Shown: one piece after another, positions 9,498 to 18,319 of the stretch
Layout of the letters: each line of letters begins with the position of its first letter
Position numbering within the stretch: the first letter of the stretch is position 1
Source: an uncultured Bdellovibrionales bacterium
GTDB taxonomy: Bacteria > Bdellovibrionota_C > UBA2361 > OMII01
Reading direction: 5' to 3'
Length of the DNA: 64,000 bases
NCBI GenBank assembly: GCA_964413875.1
Contig: CAYPUA010000007.1
Location: forward strand, 45,139 to 109,138
Program-made: the position numbers and the translations under genes
The notes under the pieces: generated by a model
The model's input: the letters and a program-made list of their open reading frames with translations, nothing else
What the model was told of the DNA's origin: nothing
Databases searched by the model: none

Positions 9498-10271
9498 ATG
9501 TTGAACTCAACTGTAGTAGGCAGAATAGATGTGACTCCGGAGCTTATGATCCTCCGAGTTCGTCCGGATGATGGTGTTCCCAATTTTGTTCCGGGTCAGT
9601 ATGTGGCGCTGGGCATGCTAGGGGGGACGCCCCGATATCCGGGTGCGGCTCCAGAAGCAGAGGCTCCAGCCCCAGATAAATTAATTAAGCGGGCGTATTC
9701 CATCGGCTCGTCCCCGGAGCAGAGAGATTATCTAGAGTTCTACATAGCGGTTGTTCCGACGGGCATTCTCACTTCACGACTTGCAACGGCTAAGGAGGGA
9801 GATCGCGTATTTTGTCAGCCTAAGGTGACCGGAACTTTTACCCTTGATGGTGTTCCACCTGATAAAAATCTCGTGCTTGTCTCAACTGGCACTGGACTTG
9901 CGCCCTTTATGTCGATGGTTCGGACGTCAAGCACATGGTGCTCAAGTCGTCGAATAACTGTGATTCATGGAGTAAGATATCCGGAGGACTTCGCTTACTC
10001 TGATGAGCTGCGCCTACTCGAGACTTCCACGCAGAGCCTAGAATATCTTCCGATTGCCAGCCGGGCAGCGGAAACCTGGATAGGGCGAAAAGGGCGGGTC
10101 CAGAAGCTCTTCGACGATGGAACAGTGAAATTAAATCCCCAAATGGACCACGTTTTCCTCTGTGGAAACCCGGCCATGATAGAGGAGCTTGAGGTTAACC
10201 TCACGGAACAGGGCTTCCAAGTTCACTCCAAGAAGTCTCCGGGAAATCTCCACATAGAAAAGTATTGGTAA
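9498..10271 (+). CDS. fpr: Ferredoxin--NADP(+) reductase (FNR/Fpr family, FAD/NAD-binding).
   Basis: Motifs KRAYSIGSSP (RxYS FAD-binding) and VLVSTGTGLAPFMSMV (NAD(P)-binding). ~257 aa. Confidence 0.8.
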   Translation: MLNSTVVGRIDVTPELMILRVRPDDGVPNFVPGQYVALGMLGGTPRYPGAAPEAEAPAPDKLIKRAYSIGSSPEQRDYLEFYIAVVPTGILTSRLATAKEGDRVFCQPKVTGTFTLDGVPPDKNLVLVSTGTGLAPFMSMVRTSSTWCSSRRITVIHGVRYPEDFAYSDELRLLETSTQSLEYLPIASRAAETWIGRKGRVQKLFDDGTVKLNPQMDHVFLCGNPAMIEELEVNLTEQGFQVHSKKSPGNLHIEKYW

Positions 10272-10283
10272 GCGGTACTCGGT

Positions 10284-11267
10284 TTACGGGCCGTTTTGAA
10301 AGCTGTTGGCAGGGTGTCCCTTATTCGCCGAGGCGGGAGGATCGGAACCGCCGAACAGCAGGGGCAGGAAAGTCCCAGCAGGGAAACGAACCTTGCGATC
10401 TCCCTGCCGGTATCGGCGTGACGCGTCGATGTACTCCTGTAGGATCGAGAAGTACCAAGCTCGGTATTCGGCCCGTCTTTTGTGATCCACTGAGAGAATG
10501 CGGGGACGGTGCGAATATCGACTGCTGGTTTTCGTAGAGACCGGGAGCGAGCCGGGCTGGATAGTCAGAAGCCGGTCGCGCCCCATGAATGATAAACCCG
10601 CATTCAAACGGTCTGCGACGATTTTTTGTCGCCTCACTTCAAGCTTTTGCATCATCATCTTGGCGTAAGCAGCTTGCGACAGCTTCTCATAGCCCGGCAA
10701 TCGCTCATACTTCAGGGTGATGTAGTGCACGTAATCGTCGAAGCGAATAGACTTGTTGTATCGTTTTGCGGAATTGTACCCCGCCCAATCTACTACGGTA
10801 AATCTTCGTTTCATTCCCCAGATCGCATCTCGAAAGCAGTTGTACCCCGGGTAGTCGGAGAGCTGTTGGACTAGTCCATCCTTTACTGGCTGAAGAACTG
10901 TGTAGAAAAAGTACTCCTCAACATCCTCGGGCGCGGGCATCAGCTCAACAGAATAGCGACGTCCCCACAGAGGACCACCAGGGAAGTTCGGAACGAGGCG
11001 GCGGACGCTGCGGGCGATGCACGAATTTAGGTCACGCATGAAAGCCGCTCGGTTGAGGCCGGGGAAGTCCGCCACGCAATGCGTGTGATTGCCTTCGATG
11101 GCGAAGGCATAGAGCTTTATGTCGTAGCGGGCAGCAAACTTTCCCACGTAACCCAAAATCGCATTCTCGAGAGGTCGGTTATTTACGAACCAGAGCTCCG
11201 AATTGCGGCAGCGAGTCGTGATGAATGATGTCAGATCTGCAGTTTCTATTCTTGGATGATAACTCAT
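10284..11267 (-). mobile_element. IS200/IS605-type Y1 (HUH) transposase-domain protein, RAYT-like, with a ~200-aa C-terminal extension of unknown function. The likely start is MSYHPRIE.
   Basis: The N-terminal ~130 aa are collinear with IS200 TnpA: HPRIE, a HuH-like motif AIEGNHTHCV, and GPLWGRRYSVE. Local GC is visibly lower than the flanks. REP-like repeats lie on the flanks and nearby. Confidence 0.65.
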
Positions 11268-11346
11268 ACCCTCTAATTCGAGGGTCCCGCTCAGGAGTTG
11301 CGGGAGGCACCAGAAAGATAGCCCCAAAGTATCTTCGCAAAAATCT

Positions 11347-11371
11347 CCGCGAATTCTCAGAGAACTCGCGG
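11347..11371. repeat. REP-like palindromic repeat, copy 4 (CCGCGAATTCTCAGAGAACTCGCGG), followed by a second partial palindrome at 11377-11392.
   Basis: Almost perfectly self-complementary. Lies 80 bp upstream of the RAYT-like start, between it and the fadD-like gene. Confidence 0.55.
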
Positions 11372-11396
11372 CGCCCCAGAGCTCTCTGAGAGGGCG

Positions 11397-13289
11397 CTAG
11401 TAGAGGACGGAAATTAGACCGAGATGGCGGGCGGTGATTTGGCGGCGGCGCATTTTTAGGGTTGGGGTGAGAAGCCCATTCTCGACTGTGAAGTCCTCGT
11501 CCGCGATGCAAAAAGCTTTGATGCTCTCGTATGTTGCGAGGTTTTCGTTAACTTTGTTCACGGCATCCTGCAGCATCCCTCGGACTGCCGACATCTCAGA
11601 GAGTTTGTGGTCTGGGGGGACGGGGATGCCGGAGGAGGTTAGGAGGCTGCGCAGCTCGGGTTCGTTCAGTGTGAAGAGCATTACGCAGTACGGGCGACCC
11701 TCGCCGTACAGCAGTGCATGAGAGATGAACGAGAATCGCTTGAACTGCCCCTCTACGGCGGTTGGTGGAATCTTTTTTCCTCCGGCCGTGATTACCAGCT
11801 CTTTCTTCCGGTCGGTGATAAAGAGAAAGCCATCTTGATCGACCGCTCCTACGTCGCCCGTGTGGAACCAACCGTCGGCGTCCCATGAATCCGCCGTGGC
11901 TTTGGGGCGGTTGAGGTATCCGCGGGTTACGTTGGGGCCTCGAAGCAGTATCTCGCCGTCCTCCGAAGAGATCTTTGTCTCAACACCCTCGAATGCTGGC
12001 CCCACGCTCCCAATCCTTCGCCGAGTTGGGCGATTTACATGGGTTGCCACACAGGTTTCCGTTAAGCCGTATCCCTCGCAGATCGTAATTTCAAGCGAAT
12101 CGAAGAACTTATTGACTCCAGAATCAAGCTTCGCGCCGCCCGATATCGCATGGGTGAAGTTAACTCCGAACAGCTCTCTTCTTATCTTCCGGCGAATAGG
12201 CTGGAGCCCCTCGAATAGAAGGTGTTCTAACAGACTCAGGGGCTTACCGGTGCTCCGGCGCTCGTACGTGGACTGAGCGTTAGAAAGACAGAGACCTAGA
12301 ATTCGTTGCTGCAGGCTCTTGCCCGCAGCTCGGGCTTGGAGCGCCGCGGACATCTTCTCGAACAGGCGCGGCACTGAAGGGACTACCGTCGCCCCACATT
12401 CTCTGAGGTCTCGCGCTACGGAGGAGAGGTCGATGCGGGAGGTGCGGTGGTCGGCTACGGAGGGGAGGATGAGGTGGGCCGAGGTGAGGCAACCGACGTA
12501 GTGTATGAGTCTGGCGAAGGAGTGGGCGAGGGGGAGATATAGGAAGAGGGTGCCGTCGCCTGGGAACACCCCGCTCTTGGCGGCCTGGTCGACATTTGCG
12601 AGATGATTGCCGTGCGTTTGCACCACACCTTTGGGTGGGCCCGTAGTGCCTGAGGTGTAAACGTACGACGCAACGGAATCGCGGCCTATCGACGTTGGGA
12701 TCGGTGGCGCATCCGCGGAAAGCGACGAATCGTTCCACACATCGGCTAGGCACTGCACAGAGGGCGAACCGTGTATTCGCTCGAAAGAGATCACAGCATC
12801 AATCGGCACCCGCACGGTGGACTCTGGATGGTTCTCGGTCGCTGGGAGGGGGCAATCATGGCCGCGAAGCCACTCTATCTTAGCGAGCTGCTCTTCGTTC
12901 TCGACGAAAACAATTCGCGCACCTGAGTCAGAGAGAACAAAGCCAGCATCAGCAGCGAGCTGGCTTTGGTACACACTCACCGTGATACCGCCCACCGTCT
13001 GGATCGCGAGATCCGCGAGGATCCACTCGCACCGAGTTTGGCTAATAATTGCGACCGGTGTCCCGACCTCAACACCGAGTGAGCGAAGAAGGTTGGCGAG
13101 TCGAGCTACCTTCGGAGCCGCCGATCTGTAGGACTCCTGCTTCCAAAGACGGGTGCCTTCAGCAGCGGGACTGTTGGCGTACCTAAAAAGTATCTCTTCC
13201 GGAAATGCCTGCGCGCGCCGCCAGAACGCCTCACCAAGCGAAGCGCAGGCAGCGACCGATTGCTGGATGTTGGAAGCAGGTGCAGTCAT
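11397..13289 (-). CDS. AMP-dependent long-chain acyl-CoA synthetase (FadD-like).
   Basis: AMP-binding motif YTSGTTGPPKGV plus TGD and a C-terminal ligase domain. 630 aa. Confidence 0.8.
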   Translation of the reverse strand: MTAPASNIQQSVAACASLGEAFWRRAQAFPEEILFRYANSPAAEGTRLWKQESYRSAAPKVARLANLLRSLGVEVGTPVAIISQTRCEWILADLAIQTVGGITVSVYQSQLAADAGFVLSDSGARIVFVENEEQLAKIEWLRGHDCPLPATENHPESTVRVPIDAVISFERIHGSPSVQCLADVWNDSSLSADAPPIPTSIGRDSVASYVYTSGTTGPPKGVVQTHGNHLANVDQAAKSGVFPGDGTLFLYLPLAHSFARLIHYVGCLTSAHLILPSVADHRTSRIDLSSVARDLRECGATVVPSVPRLFEKMSAALQARAAGKSLQQRILGLCLSNAQSTYERRSTGKPLSLLEHLLFEGLQPIRRKIRRELFGVNFTHAISGGAKLDSGVNKFFDSLEITICEGYGLTETCVATHVNRPTRRRIGSVGPAFEGVETKISSEDGEILLRGPNVTRGYLNRPKATADSWDADGWFHTGDVGAVDQDGFLFITDRKKELVITAGGKKIPPTAVEGQFKRFSFISHALLYGEGRPYCVMLFTLNEPELRSLLTSSGIPVPPDHKLSEMSAVRGMLQDAVNKVNENLATYESIKAFCIADEDFTVENGLLTPTLKMRRRQITARHLGLISVLY

Positions 13290-14461
13290 TAGTACACGAA
13301 CGTGCCGTATGGCGATTCAAGAACAACCTCGTTCGCCCCTGATGAGGAGGTTACCTGCCCTACGACCCGTGCATCAATCCCAAAATCCTCCGCCACAGCG
13401 ATGATTTCGCTCGTAGCCGCGGCTGGCACGCAGGCCTCAAGGCGGTGCCCCATATTGAATACCGCGAACATCTCGCTCCAGGGGATATTTCCACACCGCT
13501 GAATCTGTTCGAAGAGGGGAGGAGTTGGAAATAAGTTGTTCTTGACAAAACGCACGCCGCGGCCGAATCGCTTGATCTTGGCCTGTCCTCCACCCGTGCA
13601 GTGAACGAGCGAGTGCACGTGACTTCGGAAAAGGCGCAGGAGCTTCGAAATGAGAGGGGCGTATGAACGGGTGGGAGAAAGAAGAGCCTCTCCAACCGAC
13701 ATCGAGGTAGCAGGCAGCGCATCTGTCACCTGGAATGGTCCGCGGTACCCAACAGAAACCGGGATAGCCGGGTCCCGAACCTCCGGATATTTTTCGGCAT
13801 GCGACCTTGAGAGAAGAACGTTTCGCGCCAGAGTGAGACCGTTGCTTCCGATCCCCGAATTAGGATTTTTCTCGTAGCGGCAAGTGCCCGTTGAGCTAAA
13901 AGCTACAATGGCGTCTCCCGGCACTACACGAAATGCGTCTACGAGTTCCTCTCGCTTAATGCGGGCGCACAAAGTCGAGTCAACGACAAGAGTCCGGACG
14001 AGATCGCCCATGTCGGCAGTCTCTCCGCCGCTCAACGTAATCGACACTCCCTCTGCCGCCAAAGTCGCCGCACACTCTCGGTATCCTGAGATAATCGCGG
14101 CGATTGCTTCATCCGGGATTAAGCCGCGATTTCTGCCGATCGTGTTGCTGAGAGCCAGACCAGAGAGACCGCCGGAGCAAGCCACGTCGTCGAGGTTCAT
14201 TACAAGGCTGTCGAATGCCAAGGACTTGAACCACGCGACATCTCCCGATTCGCGGAACATCAAGTAGGCAACGATGCTCTTCGTGCCAGCCCCGTCTGCG
14301 TGCAGGAAGAAAGCCCTCCCTGGGTCGCCAAAAGGGTCGTCGATTGGGGATGCAAAGTACCTGCTCTCAGTCGCTTCGCCCGCTGCGGCTAGAATACCAG
14401 CCTTCGCTGATGAAGCTCCGAGCTGAGCATACGACTGGCTCTCGGCAGAATGCTTCCCCAC
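13289..14461 (-). CDS. PurM-superfamily (AIR synthase-related) protein. It is a divergent PurM-like paralog, not adjacent to purN.
   Basis: DGAGTK (PurM DGVGTK), GGETADMGD (GGETAEMPG), HCTGGG and FNMGH (FNxGxG), collinear with E. coli PurM but with insertions. Confidence 0.6.
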   Translation of the reverse strand: MGKHSAESQSYAQLGASSAKAGILAAAGEATESRYFASPIDDPFGDPGRAFFLHADGAGTKSIVAYLMFRESGDVAWFKSLAFDSLVMNLDDVACSGGLSGLALSNTIGRNRGLIPDEAIAAIISGYRECAATLAAEGVSITLSGGETADMGDLVRTLVVDSTLCARIKREELVDAFRVVPGDAIVAFSSTGTCRYEKNPNSGIGSNGLTLARNVLLSRSHAEKYPEVRDPAIPVSVGYRGPFQVTDALPATSMSVGEALLSPTRSYAPLISKLLRLFRSHVHSLVHCTGGGQAKIKRFGRGVRFVKNNLFPTPPLFEQIQRCGNIPWSEMFAVFNMGHRLEACVPAAATSEIIAVAEDFGIDARVVGQVTSSSGANEVVLESPYGTFVY

Positions 14462-14467
14462 CCGACT

Positions 14468-14818
14468 CTACTTCTTGAGAGAATTGACGAAAGCAATCAG
14501 GTCTGCGACCTGGTTCGGCTTGAGATCCGGCTGCGGAGGCATGAGCACGCTGAGACCGACACCCGCACCACCTTTCTGCAGCAGCTCCGCCAGCTTGGCG
14601 TCGTCCGTAGCAAACTTGTTCCCTCCGGCCGCCAGGTTTCGTGGCTTCTGGTCCGGCGGCATCGTCGCTGCTAGTGGACCATCTCCCGCTCCCAGCTCGC
14701 CGTGACACATCGCGCAGCGTTGGGCGAAGAGGGTTTTCCCGTTCTGGAGGTCTGCGGCCGATGCCGAAAGTACAGGAGTAATCAGAGAAACTACAACAAG
14801 CGGCAGGACAGATTTCAT
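14468..14818 (-). CDS. Periplasmic class I c-type cytochrome.
   Basis: Signal peptide MKSVLPLVVVSLITPVLSASA, one heme-binding CAMCH motif and a distal Met. 116 aa. Confidence 0.8.
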   Translation of the reverse strand: MKSVLPLVVVSLITPVLSASAADLQNGKTLFAQRCAMCHGELGAGDGPLAATMPPDQKPRNLAAGGNKFATDDAKLAELLQKGGAGVGLSVLMPPQPDLKPNQVADLIAFVNSLKK

Positions 14819-14871
14819 GTTGACCTCTACATAAGTGACTGACAGCAGACTGAGAGCCTGTTAAGCAACTC

Positions 14872-15225
14872 TTGTCATATCGGCGAACCTGGGAAACTAT
14901 ACCCCCGCGACATCCAAAAAGAAAAGGAACATCTTTGAAGCTCGCTGACGTTACTCGCTTTGGAAAAGGGCTGATGCAACGAGCTCGTGCGTTCGTTTAC
15001 TCCCGGAGCAGTGACGAGTGGAAGGGGTATTTCTCGGGCAAGCTTGCACGAGTACGAGAATTCGCTCAAGCAAACGGCGAGAAGGCTGCGGCAGTCGGGT
15101 TCCTGCTCGGCGTAGCGATGGTGTTCTTCTTCAAACTCTTCGTGGTTAGCGCAGTCGTTGCCGGGCTCGTCGTCCTTACTATCATCATCGCTAGCGACTC
15201 CCGCCCGAATGACTGGCAGGCCTAG
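14872..15225 (+). CDS. Hypothetical small membrane protein with two C-terminal transmembrane helices. The start may be an internal Met.
   Basis: ORF with a hydrophobic C-terminus VGFLLGVAMVFFFKLFVVSAVVAGLVVLTIIIA. No recognisable family. Confidence 0.35.
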   Translation: MSYRRTWETIPPRHPKRKGTSLKLADVTRFGKGLMQRARAFVYSRSSDEWKGYFSGKLARVREFAQANGEKAAAVGFLLGVAMVFFFKLFVVSAVVAGLVVLTIIIASDSRPNDWQA

Positions 15226-15398
15226 AGCGACCCTACGCAAACCCCCTACCTTTCGGGACGCCGTTTCAGGGGTTTGTAAACCAAGAGCCCAAAAGCCACC
15301 CCCAAGCATCAGAACCTAAAGAGGCAAAAAGCCTTGAAGCCTAAAGCTCTTGGGGGCGGCTGACGACCCCCAGATGAGAGAAGGAAGAGAAGTCGCTT

Positions 15399-15800
15399 AT
15401 GACTAAGCAACCCTCCCGTCCAAACACATTTATTCACGTGGCTCAGGACCTAGAGGTCGCAGGACTGCTGTGGCACCCGGAGGTAGGAGACGAAGTTGCA
15501 GACCGAGAGGGTCGCAGCCCAATCGCAATCTTAGTGGACCCGCAGGGCATGACCCCTGATGAGCTGCGTTCCACATACCTGTGGCTGCCAACAGTGGAGC
15601 AGATCATCCTGCAGTTTGAGGCCCGACAGGCAGTGCTCTTTCATGCTGGCCTTGAGCTAAGTGACAGGCGCGTCTGCTACAAGACTGTGCTTCATGTCCA
15701 GAACGGCCACATCGAGTCGATGGCAGACTCCTTTAGAGTCTCGCTCGGTCTCGCCTTAAGAGACCTGCTAATCTCAGATGCTCCCACGATTGTGAATTAG
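15399..15800 (+). CDS. Hypothetical protein.
   Basis: 133-aa ORF preceded by a purine-rich ribosome-binding site GAGAAGGAAGAGAAG. No recognisable motifs. Confidence 0.4.
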   Translation: MTKQPSRPNTFIHVAQDLEVAGLLWHPEVGDEVADREGRSPIAILVDPQGMTPDELRSTYLWLPTVEQIILQFEARQAVLFHAGLELSDRRVCYKTVLHVQNGHIESMADSFRVSLGLALRDLLISDAPTIVN

Positions 15801-16141
15801 CGAGCCGCAGACGCGGGCTTGAGCTGCAATCATCTCCATTCATCGCTTTTGCTGTTGAGGAGCGCTGCACTCAATTATCAAAAAAATTCCGTTGTGGGCC
15901 AGCTTTCCGCGCAGCGCGTCTCACTCCAGTTCCGCACTACGCAACGAGTAGTGGCCGCAGCGGCCAATATCCGTACATGCAACGGCTCTCGCAACAGAGT
16001 CGATGCTCCCGCTGTCTCGGGGGAGGGTGTCAAAAATTTTTGTCCCAAATCCTCTAAGAGGCTGAAATGACGGCTAATGAAAGCCCAAAAAGAGATGAGC
16101 CCCTTTTTAAAAGTCAAGAATCTAACATGGAAAGCCGGAGA

Positions 16142-16157
16142 TGGTACGGACATTGCC
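16142..16157 (+). promoter_or_regulatory. Candidate sigma-54 (RpoN) -24/-12 promoter, TGGTACGGACATTGCC.
   Basis: Matches the TGGCACG-N4-TTGCW consensus, with the GG and GC dinucleotides at the correct 10-nt spacing. Lies ~140 bp upstream of the sigma-54 activator gene start. Confidence 0.5.
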
Positions 16158-16294
16158 AATTCCGTGACAGCGCTTCGTTGAGCTCAACCTCACGAGCGTG
16201 TGACTAAGGAAGGTTTCCGTCGGCCAGCGATCGGTCCCGCAGGGAAGTTTGACGTACGGGCGTCGCGTGTGGCTCAGGACTAAGGAAGGTTCAT

Positions 16295-17383
16295 ATGGTT
16301 TATTCAGCAGCATTCTCGGCCGTCGGTGACTCGTTGTCTTCGCTCTCGGCTCCCTCTCTCTCTCGTAGCTCCTCTCCAGCTCAGTTCCTCAACATTCTTA
16401 GTGCTTGTCCCGAGATGCAGAAAATCTTCGGGGTAGTCGAGAAAGTCGCAAAGACTCGCTCAACAGTGCTGATTCTCGGCGAGAGCGGCACGGGGAAAGA
16501 GTTGGTAGCGCGCGCGCTGCATTCCCTCAGCGCACGCTCCGGTCGGCTCGTTCCGGTCAACTGCGGAGCAATCCCAGAGGATATCCTTGAGAGCGAACTG
16601 TTTGGCCACGAGAAGGGCGCCTTCACTGGCGCAGTTGCAAGCCGAGTTGGCCGTTTTCAGCTCGCCGATGGAGGAACAATCTTCCTCGATGAGATCGGAG
16701 AGATGAGCCCGAAGCTCCAAGTCAAGCTACTTCGAGTGCTGCAAGAGCGCAAAGTTGACCCAGTCGGGTCAACAAAATCGATTGACGTAGACGTGCGAGT
16801 AATAGCAGCAACTAACAAAGACCTAGCTGAGGAAGTAAAAGCCGGCAGGTTCCGTGAAGATCTCTTCTACAGGCTTCAGGTCGTGCCGGTCAGCTTGCCG
16901 CCCCTCAGAGAGCGTTTCGGAGACATTCAGCTCCTTGCGGAGCACTTCCTCCGCCGGCAAGCCGATGAGCTTGCGAAGCCGACTCTTTTCTTCTCTGACT
17001 CAACTCTCAGCGTGCTTAACCAGTACTCCTGGCCTGGCAACATTCGAGAGCTTGAGAATCTGGTTGAGCGAGTCGCAATCTTGAGCGAGGACGGCCCAAT
17101 TGAGCCCTCTCAGCTTCCGCCGCACCTGAACGAAACCAGGACGGTTGCCCCAACACACATGGATGACATGACCCTTCCGCCAATGGGTGTGGATTTCAAC
17201 GCGCTAATCGAGGAGTACGAGAATCGATTGATCTCAACGGCGCTCAATCAGACGGGCGGCAACAAGAAAGCAGCCGCGAAGCTGCTCGGACTAAACCGAA
17301 CCACACTTGTTGAGAAGATCAAGAAGAAGGGGCTCGAGGCGAAAATTGAAGTGTGCATCATCTCGGATGAGTCAAACGCGTAA
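16295..17383 (+). CDS. Sigma-54-dependent transcriptional activator (AAA+ plus Fis-type HTH) lacking any N-terminal receiver or sensory domain.
   Basis: Walker [16 protein letters not shown]; GAFTGA motif ([15 protein letters not shown]); arginine finger region; C-terminal [19 protein letters not shown]. Only a ~40-aa Ser-rich N-terminus precedes the AAA+ domain. Strong AAGGAAGG ribosome-binding site before the ATG. Confidence 0.85.
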   Translation: MVYSAAFSAVGDSLSSLSAPSLSRSSSPAQFLNILSACPEMQKIFGVVEKVAKTRSTVLILGESGTGKELVARALHSLSARSGRLVPVNCGAIPEDILESELFGHEKGAFTGAVASRVGRFQLADGGTIFLDEIGEMSPKLQVKLLRVLQERKVDPVGSTKSIDVDVRVIAATNKDLAEEVKAGRFREDLFYRLQVVPVSLPPLRERFGDIQLLAEHFLRRQADELAKPTLFFSDSTLSVLNQYSWPGNIRELENLVERVAILSEDGPIEPSQLPPHLNETRTVAPTHMDDMTLPPMGVDFNALIEEYENRLISTALNQTGGNKKAAAKLLGLNRTTLVEKIKKKGLEAKIEVCIISDESNA

Positions 17384-17392
17384 GGGACAACG

Positions 17393-18319
17393 ATGTGCAC
17401 TAAAGGCAAAATTCTGTTCACCGCGCTCGCACGATTTGTGGCTGTGGCAGCCAGCGTTTCGCTCGGCAGCATAGCTGCTCCGCGATCCGCTGTGGCTCAG
17501 CATCCAGTGGACGTACAGCGGCTCAACGCAGATGGGGAGCACCTCAAGGCCCTTGCGATGTACGAGCTGCTGCCAACTCGGGCTGTGACCGTTGAAGCGC
17601 GTATCGCCGCCGCCAAGAGCTCCTGGGCGCTCGGCCTCAACAGAAGAGCCGCAGATGCATTTGACGCTCTTTTGCGCGACCGCTCGCTGTCAGGGGATAC
17701 GCGGGCCCGGCTCACGCTGTCACGGGGTGTGATAGAGTTTCAGGAGGAGCGATACCCAGAGGCGTCGTTGTTTGCGGAGAAGGCAGTGTCGCTTCTCCCT
17801 GAGCCCTCACCACTCCGGAGCCGAGCGTACCTGCTGTGGGGCCAGAGTCTCTCCCGCTCAAACGCGTACAGCTCGGGAGTTGAGAAGCTAGAGGCAGCAC
17901 TCCAGGAGGCTTCAGCGGGCGACAAGCCAGAGATACACTTCGCGATCGGCGCAGCAGAGATTCGGCTCGGCAGGTTTTCTGACGCAGAGCGGCACCTCAA
18001 AGCTATCCCCACCGATCACGAACGGGCCCCCGCAACAGTTCGGCTGCTTGCGACTATCGCCCTGGAAACACACCAGGAGGACCGAGCACGTTTCTGGATA
18101 GAGAAGGGGCGGAAAGACTACCCAGAGGCATTCATCGACAGCTGGGGCAATTACGGGCTACTTCAAGCTGCGCTCTCCAAGGGCGAGATGCCAGCAGCTC
18201 GGGACGTCCTCTCGGAAGCACAGAAGCAGTATCCACCCTCTGATCCGTGGCTCATCCTGATGCAGGCGGCACTGGAGCAAGCTGAGTGGAAACGCGAGCT
18301 GGAGGCGCAGCGACCATGA
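17393..18319 (+). CDS. Secreted/periplasmic tetratricopeptide (TPR) repeat protein.
   Basis: Sec-type signal peptide (hydrophobic core then AVAQ) followed by Ala/Leu-rich TPR-like helical repeats. Confidence 0.65.
   Translation: MCTKGKILFTALARFVAVAASVSLGSIAAPRSAVAQHPVDVQRLNADGEHLKALAMYELLPTRAVTVEARIAAAKSSWALGLNRRAADAFDALLRDRSLSGDTRARLTLSRGVIEFQEERYPEASLFAEKAVSLLPEPSPLRSRAYLLWGQSLSRSNAYSSGVEKLEAALQEASAGDKPEIHFAIGAAEIRLGRFSDAERHLKAIPTDHERAPATVRLLATIALETHQEDRARFWIEKGRKDYPEAFIDSWGNYGLLQAALSKGEMPAARDVLSEAQKQYPPSDPWLILMQAALEQAEWKRELEAQRP

Noticed and set aside
12280-12753. Long antisense or alternate-frame ORFs inside confirmed genes, with low-complexity Arg/Pro/Ala/Ser-rich translations.
   Set aside because: These are typical frame artefacts of a ~60% GC genome. 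They overlap well-supported genes on the other strand and have no motifs. The same applies to 26079-26549, 28273-29064, 41564-42259 and 52471-52914.
15226-15300. Stem-loop AAACCCCCT...AGGGGTTTG after the small membrane-protein gene, considered as an intrinsic terminator.
   Set aside because: The loop is ~24 nt and no T-run follows, so it is unlikely to be a rho-independent terminator. It could still be a structural element, but there is no strong case.
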